Part shown: in pieces, positions 13,883 to 27,230 of the stretch | How positions within the stretch are numbered: the stretch's first letter is position 1 | Layout: each line of letters starts with the position of its first letter | From: Octopus vulgaris | Taxonomy: Eukaryota | Length of the DNA stretch: 64,000 nt | Assembly: GCA_951406725.2 (NCBI GenBank) | Contig: OX597819.1 | Location: 5,766,001 to 5,830,000 of the forward strand | Direction of reading: 5' to 3' | Made by a program: the position numbers and the translations under genes | The notes under the pieces: generated by a model | Told to the model about the DNA's origin: nothing | Database searches by the model: none | Seen by the model: the letters and a program-made list of their open reading frames with translations, nothing else

Positions 13883-15072
13883 TGTATGTGTGTGTTATTG
13901 TGTATCTGTTTGTCCCCACCACCGCTTGACCCGGTGTTGGCTTGTTTACGTCCCCGTAACGTAGCTGTTCGGCAAAAAGAGACCAATAGAATAAGTACCA
14001 GGGTTTTAAAAAAATAAGTACTGAGGTCGATTCATTCGCCTAAAATTCTTCAAAGCAGTGCTCCAGCATGGCTGCAATCTAATGACTAAAACAGATGAAA
14101 GTTATATATATTCTACTATAGACTTGGGCTGACCAAACCCTTGTGAATGGATTTTGTAGACGGAAACTGCAAGAAGCCCTTCGTATACATATATCGCAGC
14201 TCTAAGCTGAAACCAGAAAAAAAAAAAATATATATATATATATGTATGTTTGAGTGCCTGCGTTTGTTCCCCTACCATCGCTTGACAACCGATGTTGGTG
14301 TGTTTACGTCCCCGTAACTTAGTGGTTCGGCAAAAGAAACCGATAGAATAAGTACTAGTCTTACAAAGAATAAGTCCTTGGGTAGATTTGTTCGACTAAA
14401 GGCGGTGCTCCAGCATAGCCGCAGTCAAATGACTGAAACATATAAAAGAATATACATGACAGGATTACCAAATTCACTTACTGGTCGGCTTGGGACTTTA
14501 GAAAAAAACACTTGTCCAAGGTACCGTGCAGTTAGACTGATCACTAAAACACATGGTTGCGAAATGAGTTTCTTAACCACACAGCCATCTCTGCACTTAA
14601 GTATTTCTATACTTAAAATAGTGTGAAATTACCTCGAACGATATCAGGAAAGTTAATGATTTTACACGATCGATAAAGATTTTAAAAATAAAATCAGGTT
14701 TGAAGCAATATGGAAACATTTTCGATAAAATTAAACTAAAACATATTATTGTAAAATCAAATTTCTATGAATGTTATAAGCGAAACATCGTTTATCTTTT
14801 CGTAGTTGACACATATTCAAGGTTCCATGAAATGGGACTGAACTTGGAACCATGTGGTTGGGAAGCAAAATTGTTACCACTCAGCCACGCCTACACACAC
14901 ACACACACACACATGACTGTGTACTTCCACCTTCCATCTACCAAATCCACTCACAAGGTCTTGGCCGGCCTGCGGCTATAGTAGATGACACTTGCTGAAG
15001 GTGCTACGCAGTGGGACTAAACCTCGAACTATGTGGTTGGGAAGCAAACTTGTAATCACTCAGCCACGCCTA

Positions 15073-15075
<3 letters not shown>
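13740..15075. mobile_element. Cluster of degraded SINE family A fragments on both strands
   Basis: Family A blocks at about 13745-14100 (+), 14110-14450 (+), 14455-14600 (-) and 14820-15072 (-). Confidence 0.75.
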
Positions 15076-15120
<45 letters not shown>

Positions 15121-16338
15121 CACGTTGGTATACATTTCCCATTTTTTTTATATACTTCATACATTTTTTCATACTAAACAATTATCAAGTTACCAAAACC
15201 CATCCCGTACTTTCAATACAAAAACAGTCTCTCAGTGTCCTATACCAATGCTGCTTACTCCATGAATGACACACCTGTAGAAAGGACGCAGGTGGGTGAA
15301 TGAGTAATTACAATCAACTTATGAACAAAAGATATCGGGTTACTGCGGTAGTGTAACTAGATTGTGAGCAGCCCAGGGCAGTCTTTGAGTTTTCCATCCC
15401 TCTTTACCACGCTCAGTGCAGTCTCATGTCATGGGCACACTGCGCGGTTGCCCGGGGACCTCACAGGTTCCGGGTCCCAATTCTGATCTGTTTGCTGTGG
15501 CTTGGTCTCAATAAACACTATAAAACCCAAGTGCCAATAATGCTGCTAAGACGGCCCTCACCCGCCCCTTATACAGGGCTTATACAGCAGACCTAAAATG
15601 CTGCCCTCATAAAAGGTCACCCGGATTGGGCCGCTCACCATCACCACCACCACCACTTACCTTCGCTACAGGGATATTGCAGTTCCAGTTTGGTTCCAGA
15701 AACCAAAATCTATTGCTCAGCAAGTAAGCATGAAATACTACACCAAAATGGAACAATTGGGGAACTAAATATTTCCTGCACACTATGAGTTCGTTATTAT
15801 AAATATAAAATCAGCATAATTAGATCGTTGAAATTAAAATCTGATGCTATTATGATGCATTAAAATAGTTGAAACCATGGGAAATATAGTTTGAAACGTA
15901 TTAGAAATTCACTAAGCTCGTACTAAATATTTGACGTAAGAAATTATATGTGTGTTTATATTATGAAGTTCGTTTCAAACAAAGAAAAGAAAGAACTACT
16001 GCCGACAAACATGTTCACATACACACACACACACACACAAATACAAGAATACACACATATGTGAATGGCTCTATTGATATGTGTACTCACACACACACAC
16101 ACACATGAACACAATGAAATATACATAAATATATATATGTGCAGTTATATATCTGTGTGTATGTTTTTATATATGTGTGAGTGTGTGTGTGGCTGTGTGG
16201 TAAGAAACTTGCTTCTCAACCAAATGGTTCCGCGTTCAGCCTCACTGCGTGGCACCTAAGTCAAATGTCTTCTACTATAGCTACAAGTCGACCAAAGTCT
16301 TGTCTGTGGATTTGGTTGACGGAAACTGAATTAAGCTA

Positions 16339-16382
<44 letters not shown>

Positions 16383-16438
16383 TACATTCTGTCATGTGTT
16401 TCAGCCCTAAGGCTGTGGCCATGCTGGACCACCGCCAG

Positions 16439-16537
<99 letters not shown>

Positions 16538-16644
16538 ATACTGGGGTCGATACATTCGACTAAAATTTTAAGGCGGTGTCCCAGTATGGCCACAGTCAAA
16601 TGATTGAAACAAGCGAAAGATAAAAGATATATGGTATATATATA

Positions 16645-17260
16645 TCAGGTCATCCCATATGTTCTGTCCGAATTTTGAATAAAGAAAACAAGTGATCAAA
16701 TGTTATATTGAATTGAATATTCCCTGATTATCTATGACTTCCTTACATCTATTTAGAAGTTTTGTTTTTCCCATCAATGTAAAACTCTTTTGGTTTCAAA
16801 GCGAGGGACTCTGAAATGTCAGTTTCGACCTCCTCCTGGCTTGCGAAAGTTATGTCCCCCAAATGATTCTGTAAACTACGAAACAAATAGTAGTCTGAAG
16901 GAGCAAGGTCGAGAGAATAAGGTGGATGAGGAAATTTTTCCCACCCATTCTATTCGATCTCCTGTGATGTGATCTTTGGGGTCGTGCATTGTCCTGATGA
17001 AAAATCGCTTCTTTTAGATTCACTAAAGCGGGTCTTTTTTTCTTCAAAGCTTGGTTCAAATGCCCTTTCCTTCTTTTCCATAAACTGAGAAAGGGTTTTA
17101 ATCAAAGAAATTTTAATTCTGTAAAATAATATTTAATTAGTTTAAATGTACACAAATGCATAAAAATAATTTTTAATTCCATTAGACATTCTAAAATACT
17201 ATTTAAATTCATCCAATTTTAAAAAGGGTAAAATCGGACAGAACTTATGGGATGACCTGA
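16645..17260 (-). mobile_element. Internally deleted mariner transposon with 27-bp TIRs and TA target duplication
   Basis: TA-TCAGGTCATCCCATATGTTCTGTCCGA (16645-16671) versus TCGGACAGAACTTATGGGATGACCTGA-TA (17234-17260), one mismatch; minus strand encodes IFHQDNARP and PPYSLDLAPSDYYLFRSLQNHL. Confidence 0.92.
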
Positions 17261-17264
17261 TATA

Positions 17265-17690
17265 TATATATATCAGGTCTCTGGATTTCGTCCCACAGGT
17301 GTTCAATTGGGTTCAAGTCCGAGCCGAGAGCCGGTCACGGCATGGTTCTGATGTTGTGCTGACGCAAGAAGTCCATGGTGATCCTGGCCGTGTGAGAGGA
17401 AGCATTGTCCTATGGAACACGTGGCTATGGTGACGCGCGAAGAAGGGCACGATGTGGGGTCTTATGGTCTGGTCAACGTAGCGTTGTGCTCTTATGGCAT
17501 TCTCTCTGCCTGCACCAACATTTTGGAACACATAGCGCCTAATTCTCTGATTCAGGCCTATAGCACCCCAAGCAACGATGCTTTGACCACCCCTGTATCG
17601 TTTACCCCTCCTACGCTACACCTTCACTCTGCCATCCGAGGTCGAAACGCAGTACTAGCTCTCGTCAGAGATGACTATCGACCTTGATCG
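17265..17690 (-). pseudogene. Tc1-family transposase fragment
   Basis: Minus strand gives DNASSHTARITMDFLRQHNIRTMP*PALGSDLNPIEHLWDEI (Tc1 SPDLNPIE motif), with stops and frameshifts. Confidence 0.85.
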
Positions 17691-18427
17691 TTGATGCCAC
17701 TAATGTCGATGCTGTGTAGCCCACTGTAGTCGTGATTGATGGTTGCGGACGGGGAGGACAGGCCCGAGAGCACGGCGAGTGACAAGTAGAAATGATTTAA
17801 TGAGACAACATTAAAATCGAGAATCCGAGGAGTAAGTTGTGGATTGTAAACCTCATAAAGCAGTAATAAAGATATTTTTATGACTACTTCCTCTATATTA
17901 CTGGTAATCAGGCAAAGAAACATACAACCAGACATCATAAAGTATCTAGTTCAGGTCAAAACAACCTGTACTAATGAGAGAAATCAATATCAAGTGAGAG
18001 ATAAATCAATTCTACTTGTCACATTACATAAAACTATATACCATAAAGTCTGGCGGTAGTTATACGCTGAACCGCAAAAGAAACGCGATTTTTTCAAATC
18101 TCAGTTTTATATGGAAAATTCTGAAAATTTATTTCAGGGATGTAAGTGTAAATATTCCAAGACATGATGAGACCCAAATTGCAGGTAACCTTTCAACTTT
18201 CCCTGAAACGAGACGCCAACGCGCAGCTGCATTGAATGTCGTGGGTGGTAGTCGCAAACAATTGTCATGAAAACCGAAATAATTATGAAAACAGGAGTGT
18301 GACGAAAGAACTCTGGCCGAAATAAGATTAAGATTAATGTAAAAAATAAATAACACTGAAACAAAGTAACACCAAATATATAGTGCGTGTGTTTTTATTG
18401 GCTAAACTGGCAAAATGACCATTCCGA

Positions 18428-18692
<265 letters not shown>

Positions 18693-18814
18693 TTCAGGTC
18701 AGTGCTTGGAATCGAACTCGGAATCTTGGGGTTAGTAGCCCACGGACATATGGCGTAGTGGTTTAGAGCGCGGGCTACTAACGCCAAGATTCCGAGTTCG
18801 ATTCCAAGCAGTGA

Positions 18815-18820
<6 letters not shown>
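18693..18820 (+). mobile_element. tRNA-like SINE head (family D) with an inverted partial duplicate upstream
   Basis: A box TGGCGTAGTGG, B box GAGTTCGATTCC in 18745-18820; 18693-18744 is the reverse complement of 18769-18820 with 3 mismatches in 52 bp. Confidence 0.85.
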
Positions 18821-18883
<63 letters not shown>

Positions 18884-18885
<2 letters not shown>

Positions 18886-19436
18886 GCCCTGATGCAGTAC
18901 CAGGCAGTGGCTCTCATGGCTTCTGATCTTAATTGATTGGAAGTGTTATCATGTACATTGTTTTGTCTTGGTAGAAAAGATGGGCTACAGCAAATATTCT
19001 GCTCAATACCACAGATTTGCTTGTCAGTTGTTTGACCTTAACCAGTTGAGCATGTCCCTTAGTGGCTGACGATATGTGCATCTCTGATCACGAGCAGAAG
19101 TAGTGGGGGAGCATCATAGCCATGTGTTGAGAGGGATTCTTTGGGGTTTGAATAATTCACCTCTGGAAACATGGGTGGTTCTTTCAACATCCTTAAACAA
19201 TCCTTATTCAGAGACCTTTTGAGCGGGATGGGCTACTCAACCTGAAGATTCTAACTGGGCCCCACCTGCAAGGTCATGTGCTGTTTATCTTGATATGAGA
19301 TCACCATGTCGCGCACATATGGTTGTGATGCATGTGCCTGGTGTACCTTTATCAGACGGGTAGTCATGATGGGTATATTGGGCTTCGTATATTTTACCCC
19401 AGTGTCACTTTGATGGCATGAACTGCTCTCTCACTC
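18884..19436. mobile_element. Unclassified roughly 550 bp insertion between two (AAT)n tracts
   Basis: Complex, more GC-rich sequence with sharp (AAT)n boundaries on both sides; no ORF or TIR recognised. Confidence 0.55.
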
Positions 19437-19495
<59 letters not shown>

Positions 19496-20168
19496 TAATA
19501 ATAATAATATACGTCAAATGTAAATAATGTAAACAATGTACATAATTCCTCATCTCTTAAATATAGAACTGTAAAGAAAGCAACTCCGATTATTCTTAAA
19601 AAATTGAATACTCAGTTATGTGCAATGACACAATGCTGGTCGTCAAACAACTAATGCGTCTCATATGATTAAAGCAACAAAACTGATTGGGAGCTGATGA
19701 TGAAAATGCGGAAAACCAATTTAACTGAAAGAATTTTGAAAGGGCTTTTATGTTTAGATTGAGGTCAAACGGTCAAATCCATCTGCCACAGACATACGCA
19801 CACACATTCAAGCAAGCAATTAAGGAAAAGAGAAGGCTACAAAATATCTAATTGGATATCTAATAAGCAAACAGGACAATGAAGCCCTTAAACTCTCAAG
19901 ATACAACTGAATACGTTGATTATGTAATCAACAGCTGCCCCCAAACATCATGCCATTGCGAAAACTATACGGGGTAGTCCACAGAAAAGTTTACATTTGG
20001 ATAAATATAAACGACAAACTTACTATAGCCTCGGGCCAACCAAAGCCTTATGAGATAGAAACTGAAAGAAGCTTGTATATATATATATATATATATATTT
20101 CAAAATGCAACCACATGTGAATCGTTGGCGATTTTCTTCCTCCGTCTATTGGACTTTTGGACTTTCCT

Positions 20169-20204
20169 GTTTCCGAAGAAGAGCGTCTGCTCGAAACGTT
20201 AAAC
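20169..20204 (+). ncRNA. Putative minimal type-I hammerhead ribozyme with one core substitution, in a Penelope-like repeat (about 20098-20712)
   Basis: GTTT-CCGAAGA-A-GAGC-gtct-GCTC-GAAA-CG-TT-AAAC; stems I and II perfect; CUGA reads CCGA. Confidence 0.6.
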
Positions 20205-20232
20205 CATCTTTCTTTCCTTCCCTGAGCGTCTC

Positions 20233-20630
20233 TTTTACTCTTTTACCTGTTTTAATCATTAGACTGTGGCCATGCTAGAGCACCGCCTTTAGTCTACCAA
20301 ATCGACCTCAGGACTTATTCTTTGTAAGCCTAGTACTTATTCTATCGGTCTCTTTTGCCGAACCGCTAAGTTACGGGGACGTAAACACACCAGCATCGGT
20401 TGTCAAGCGATGTTGAGGGGACAAACACAGACACACAAATACACATATATACATATATACATATATACGACATGCTTCTTTCAGTTTCCGCCTACTAAAT
20501 CCACTCACAAGGCTTTGGTTGGCCCGAGGCTATAGTAGAAGACGCTTGCCCAAGGTGCCACGCAGTGAGATTGAACCCGGAACCATGTGGTTGGTAAGCA
20601 AGCTACTTACCACACAGCCACCCCTACGCC
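20233..20630 (-). mobile_element. SINE family A inserted into the hammerhead-bearing repeat
   Basis: Full family A block order; cgtct present at both junctions. Confidence 0.88.
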
Positions 20631-20729
20631 TACGTCTGCTAATACTTTACATGTACCACATCCTCGCGTTGGTGATTTTTGTGTTTGTTCTTCTTTTTTG
20701 GATTTACTATATGTGTGAGTGTGTGTGCG

Positions 20730-20762
<33 letters not shown>

Positions 20763-20855
20763 CTCCCCACCATCACTTGGCGTGTCTCCCCACCATCACT
20801 TGGCAACCAGTGTGCTTATGTCCCCGCAATTTAGCGGTTCGATGGAATTAATACT

Positions 20856-21243
20856 GGATGGAAGCACTCCGTCGGTTACGACGATGAGGGTTCCGGTTGA
20901 TCCGAATCAACGGAACAGCCTGCTCGTGAAATTAACGTGTAAGTGGCTGAGCACTCCACAGACACGTGCACCCATAACGTAGTTCTCGGGGATATTCAGC
21001 GTGACACAGAGAGTGACAAGGCCGGCCCCTTGAAATACAGGTACAACAGAAACAGGAAGTAAGAGTGAGAGAAAGTTGTGGTGAAAGAGTACAGCAGGGA
21101 TCACCACCATCCCCTGCCGGAGCCTCGTGGAGCTTTAGGTGTTTTCGCTCAATAAACACTCACAACGCCCGGTCTGGGAATCGAATACGCGATCCTATGA
21201 CCGCGAGTCCACTGCCCTAACCACTGGGCCATTGCGCCTCCAC
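20856..21243 (-). mobile_element. SINE family B with 13-bp TSD, nested in a family A copy
   Basis: tggaattaatact (20843-20855) and tggaataaatact (21244-21256); family A sequence resumes on both sides. Confidence 0.92.
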
Positions 21244-21711
21244 TGGAATAAATACTACGCTTACAGAGAATAAATTCGGGGTCGATTTCCTCGACTAAAC
21301 TCCTAAAGGCGGTGCTCCAGCATGGCCGCAGTCAAACGAGTGAAGTAAGTAAAAGAATAAAAGAATATCAACAAAATGAATGGAATATTCCTATCAAAAC
21401 TTCTATTAGATGCAGACAGAATAGGTCAGTGTTATTTGTGACAGAAAAGAAATCTGATACAGAGTCATAGAAGTTAGCTTTCCTGCAGATCTTGACATCT
21501 TTTACAATGTCAAAGAGAAAGGGAGTATTTATAGACGACTGTTTCAAAACCTGCTTTTCTTCTGTCTTGCTTTTAAACTCGCATTTTCCCCAACTAGCAT
21601 TTCTGCTGTTGGTTATGTTACTAAATTTTTTAAGTGACAGTTTGGAGAAGATTGGTTTTTGGCGTAAGTAAAGAATCCGGCTGGCACACTTTGCAAAGTC
21701 GAAAATGAAAA

Positions 21712-22111
21712 TCTTTATATATAAAAGTAAGGTTGTGTGTCTGTCTCCTACGATTTAGATTCCTAACTACTCCTACATTTTGCGGTGCAGTTTAACCAAA
21801 ACCGGGTATCTTATAGTCGTCATTCATATCGAGCCCTTCTGGGTATTAGCGCGCGTCTACGATGAGTCAACGATTTAAAAAAAAATTTGCCATCATTTTT
21901 TTCCCATTTTAATGCATTTTTTTCGCTATCAAATTAGGGAAGTAACTCTCTAAAAATGTCTACGATGAGTCAACGATTTAAAAAAAAATTTACCATAATT
22001 TTTTTTCCATTTTTAATGCATTTTTTTGCTATTTTTTGGCTATAACTCTCTAAAAATGCTTATATAGTTATTTCCCTTAAAAACCCGAGCAACGCCGGAC
22101 GATACTGCTAG
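21712..22111 (+). mobile_element. Non-autonomous Helitron, 400 bp
   Basis: A|TC start, CTAG|T end, subterminal GC-rich hairpin-like cccgagcaacgccgg, no TSD; homologous copies at 45985-46381 and 46723-48007. Confidence 0.85.
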
Positions 22112-22236
22112 TTATATTCTAAAGTTTAACATGTAACATAGTCACTATCCAAATTTCAATGATGGAGCTTGTGTTTCATTGTTAGAAACCAGTTCCTTCC
22201 TTCCACGAAGAATTCTTATAAATCAAAAAAATATGT

Positions 22237-22240
22237 GTGC

Positions 22241-22279
<39 letters not shown>

Positions 22280-22385
22280 TGTTTGTGCGCGTGTGTCTGT
22301 GTATTTGCGCGTGTGTGTGCGTGTGTGTATTTGTGTGTGTATGTGCATGTATATGCGCATGGGTGTATGTATGTGTATATGTGTG
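22237..22385. repeat. Imperfect (TG)n microsatellite
   Basis: Direct reading. Confidence 0.9.
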
Positions 22386-22615
22386 TGAGCAACAGCTTGT
22401 CTTTTCAAAATATATTGCGCACAATTCTGTTTTAGTTTTGTGTTTTTATCAAGATTTTCGCATGAGATTCTTGCAACTTGTGACAGTAAATTTCTACATC
22501 CATCCTCAAGGAATTACTAAGACATAAAAAATTTAATAATTGCATTAATAATTACATAATTGCGTATTTCCGCTCTTACGACTGAAATATACATTTACTA
22601 ACGCCTATTAATACA

Positions 22616-22664
<49 letters not shown>

Positions 22665-23132
22665 GTATATACATATATCATATACATATATACATATATC
22701 ATATTATACATATATATATATATATATATAATGTTCGTATATAATAGAATTATATATGAAGGAATGCACAGAGATGCATGGACTTGAGAAGACATTCAGA
22801 AAGCACACACACGTGGATGTATACACAAATATATGCCTTATCATACGCAGATTTCTACATGTGCATACGATAAGAAAACTACACCTAAATTTGGGACTGA
22901 TTTACGCGTCTTCACTATATGATAATTATGTTTATATGTTAGTGCATGTGTGCGTGTGTATGCATACATATATGTATACAAATACATACTTACATGTGTG
23001 TGCGCGTGTGTGTGTGTTTGCATACAAGCATTGTGGATGCGCACCTACAGTATGTATACGTTTATGAACGTACACGTACCCAAATACATGTATACAAACA
23101 TACATACATACGTACATACATACATACATACA

Positions 23133-23166
<34 letters not shown>

Positions 23167-24505
23167 CATACATACATACATATATAATTTTACGTACGTA
23201 TGACCCTCAATATGTTTGAAGTAGTTACAGAGAGGCAGAAATGACATATCACAACCAAAATATAATACCCAAAGCAGCTGTTTAACTGCCAAAAGTCTGC
23301 TGAATTGCCCTGACAAGGCCTGTTTGCCCCATTTTCTTATCTAAATAATTTGATCTAGTAAAGAAGCTAGCAAAATTGACTTAGACATCATCACAAAATA
23401 GTGAAACCTCGTTTGTAAACGTTACCCCATTGCAAAGCCTGGATTACAACGACTCTCTTCCGCCTCCTAGATCTTAATGGAAACCTAGCACCGTTGTTTA
23501 CTCGGCTGGCTAGTTCATTTTCTTTTTATTTGTTTTGCTAACTTTTTAAAACCGATATTCCCGCACTTTTCTCCTTCCTGTCTCCCTAGTCTTTGCACTT
23601 TCACGTCTATCTATATATATGTTACAGAGGGAAAGAGAAAGCTTTTGTTAAGAACAAGTCAAACAGTTCTTTCTCATATTTCAAAGTATATCTTTCTACT
23701 TCAAGCTGTTGGAGTTCTCTTATGCCTCAGTTTTGGGAAGTTAAATCTGCATTTATTGGAATATTTATGGGGGAAAATAATGAAATTCAATGAATTAAAA
23801 ATGATTTTGTTAACAAAAACAGGGTCGTTATTTATGTCCTTTATCTTGTAGTTGTTTCAACCACCGGACTGCGGCAATGCTGCGGCTCGCCTTGAAGGGT
23901 TTAGTCATCCAAATCGACCGCAAAATTCAATTTTAAGTTCGGCACATTTACTATCGGTTACTTTTGACTAACCGCTATGTTACAGAGAATAAACAAACCA
24001 AAAGCTACATCATATCAATCCTCTCGTTAAATCTTTGAAGAGTAATGTGCAAATCGCAATACACCAATTCCCACTCGCTAAATCGTCTATATTTTCTCTC
24101 TGTAAATTTATATGTAAGTATTCTAATTGTATACTTTAATTATAATAATTACATTATGAGTTAAGCATTTATAAAAACGCATTAATGTATTTTACCAGTC
24201 GAAGGCTGTGAATTTACATCAAGGCAACTGAAAATTTCAAGAAGGTTATATGCTATATGACGTTTTATGTAAATCTGAGCAAGGCCGGGTATTTATAATT
24301 AACAAAGAAAAATAGCTAATGAGCAGAGCCGTGAGACCGTCGGATAGAATGCCTTGAGATATTTGTTGGGCTCTTTGCTCTGAGTTCAAATGCCACCGAG
24401 ATCAATTTTGATTTTCATCCTTTCGGGAACGATAAATAAAATACCAGTCATTTCTTTTATCTGTCTCTTACTCTCTTTCTGTAGGAATCAGCTACGTAAC
24501 GTTGG

Positions 24506-24508
<3 letters not shown>

Positions 24509-24537
<29 letters not shown>

Positions 24538-24607
24538 TGTATGTATGTATGTATGTATGTATGTATGTATGCATGCATGTGTGTGTGTGTATGTATGTAT
24601 GTATGTA

Positions 24608-24640
<33 letters not shown>

Positions 24641-24780
24641 ATGTATGCATGTATGTATGTATGTATGTATGTATGTATGTATGTATGCATGCATGCATGT
24701 GTGTATGTATGTATGTATGTATGTATGTATGTATGTATGTATGTATGTATGTATGTATGTATGTGTGTATGTATTTATGT
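24509..24780. repeat. (TATG)n microsatellite
   Basis: Direct reading. Confidence 0.95.
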
Positions 24781-25129
24781 GCATGTACGCGTGTTTGAAG
24801 ACATGAGCTGTGAATAAACACTTAAGGCAATGCAATGAGAATTCATATATCAAATTCTCAACAAACAGCTTTGATACACAAAAGCAATGCGCTGCAAATA
24901 TCTTCGTATCATTTTTCTTTTAATCATCAAGCAAACTACATGCATCAGAATGTCTTGTTCGTTCCTATACACATTCATTTGGTAAAGAAAATAGTAAATC
25001 TTTTGATAAGGTGGTCTATTTTTGCAATAAACTACACGGTTGCCCTTTCTTGCTATACCATGCGGGTTTGAAATGTTTTCAAACGCTTGGTTTGAAATGT
25101 TTTAGCAATAAAAGCTAATAATAATAATA

Positions 25130-25205
<76 letters not shown>

Positions 25206-25221
25206 TTATCTTATAATAATA

Positions 25222-25616
25222 AGATCAGGAAGGAAAAAAATGCTTTCTAATTGATGTATCAATACCGGCAGATGACAACGTGTCTCTAAAAGAAATGGAG
25301 AAACTCTCAAAATACAAAGACCTGGAAATAGAGGTAACCAGAATGTGGAATCTAAAAACAGAAACAATTCCTATCATAGTAGGTGCATTAGGCATGATAA
25401 AAAAATATTCAGACAAATACATAACAAAAACACCAGGACTTACAAACACATATAACATACAGAAAATTGCACTACTAGGCACTGCACACATCCTACGCAG
25501 AACACTTTCCATACAGTAACCATCAGAGCATCACAACAAATCACAGCACATACCCAAGGCACACAGAGCTGCGCTCGGTAGTGAAGTGAAAGCACGCTAT
25601 AAAAATAAAACTACTG
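25222..25616 (+). pseudogene. 5'-truncated R4/Dong-clade retrotransposon (restriction-like endonuclease C-terminus plus 3' UTR) inside (TAA)n
   Basis: CFLIDVSIPADDNVSLKEMEKLSKYKDLEIEVTRMW..IPIIVGALG..IQKIALLGTAHILRRTL, stop at 25519; (AAT)n at 25118-25221 and from 25617. Confidence 0.88.
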
Positions 25617-26107
25617 AATAATAATAATAATTATTATTATTATTGTTTGTTTTGTTAAGAGACACACTCCCTATTTGAGAAGGGTTATATTCTCCACAGT
25701 GTTGAAGTACATTTTCAAGTTTATCTTGTTGAATAGCTGGCCAAATTCTGTGGCTACCGAGAAAGTATCTGCTGATTACCAACTGTATGTAAACAAGCAT
25801 TCACCAATCGATGGACAATTTGGATCTTCAAGACGCATGTCACAGTGAGACACAAAACATCAGATATGAATTCGCTAGTCACTTAGCGGTTCGGCAAAAA
25901 GAGACCGATAGAATAAGTACTGGGCTTACAAAGAATAAGTCCTGGGGTCGATTTGCTCGACTAAAGGCGGTGCTCCAGCATGGATACAATCAAATGACTG
26001 AAACAAGTAAAAGAGAGTAAAAGAGAGTAGTTAAAGTTTTCTTAATGCCACCCAAGACGAAATCCCTGAGTAATTGTTATTGGAAGAATTCCCAATCTTA
26101 AACAAAA

Positions 26108-26167
<60 letters not shown>

Positions 26168-26677
26168 TTACATATGTTAATAATTAATACCAAATGTATA
26201 CTCTTCCGCACACATGCAAGCACACACAACCACTTGCACACACTCTGATATTTATATATGAAACCTAACATTTGTATGTATTCCTGTATTGTCGGCTTTG
26301 TATGTATTCCTGTATTGTCGTTTCATATTTCCTTGCTTCATAGAGCATATCTCTTGTTGAGATCAATTTCATCATGTTCGGTCAACTATGACGGCTGTAA
26401 AATACCAGAATCAGTTGTTTCAGTTATATTGACAACAACAGCTGCGTTACTTACTGTCCCAACCGATGGAGCTCACTCATCCCTTTTTTTAAAAATTCTA
26501 TTTGATTCTCCTGACAGTTACCCTTATCAAAATCCTATATCTTTGATACACAAGTTAAGATCTAGTATATCCGTGTATATAGAAACTAACATATTTCAAG
26601 TATTATATCTTCGTTCCAAACAAACATTTATGTATGTTTCCCTGTCCGTCTGTCTGACCGTCCGTTTATCTGTCAGT

Positions 26678-26679
<2 letters not shown>

Positions 26680-26758
<79 letters not shown>

Positions 26759-26819
26759 CATCCATCCATCCATCCATCCATCCATCCATCCATCCATCCA
26801 TCCATCCATCCATCCATCC

Positions 26820-26902
<83 letters not shown>

Positions 26903-26913
26903 CACCTATCTAC

Positions 26914-27001
<88 letters not shown>

Positions 27002-27015
27002 ATATCTATCTATCT
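26680..27015. repeat. Compound (TCTA)n/(TCCA)n microsatellite
   Basis: Direct reading. Confidence 0.96.
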
Positions 27016-27230
27016 GAGGATGGACGCAAGTCAAATGGGCTCCAAGTAAGTTGGTAGTTTTCTACGTTTAAAATTGTTGATTGTCAAACATTTTATTTTT
27101 AAAAGGTGTACAACAACACCCAACCCATACTTTCATTAACATCCACACAAAATTTCGCCCCTTGTGGGAAAAATTTAAAAAAATTCTCAAAGGCTTCGTG
27201 GTTTTATTTTAGCCATTTTTATTTTCAAAA

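Noticed and set aside
18745-18820. Possible genuine tRNA gene
   Set aside because: A and B boxes are present but I cannot form an acceptor stem, and it runs into (AAT)n; treated as a SINE head. tRNAscan-SE would settle it.
26258-27049. 263-aa ORF
   Set aside because: Half is (TCTA)n/(TCCA)n translation and the rest has no recognisable motif.
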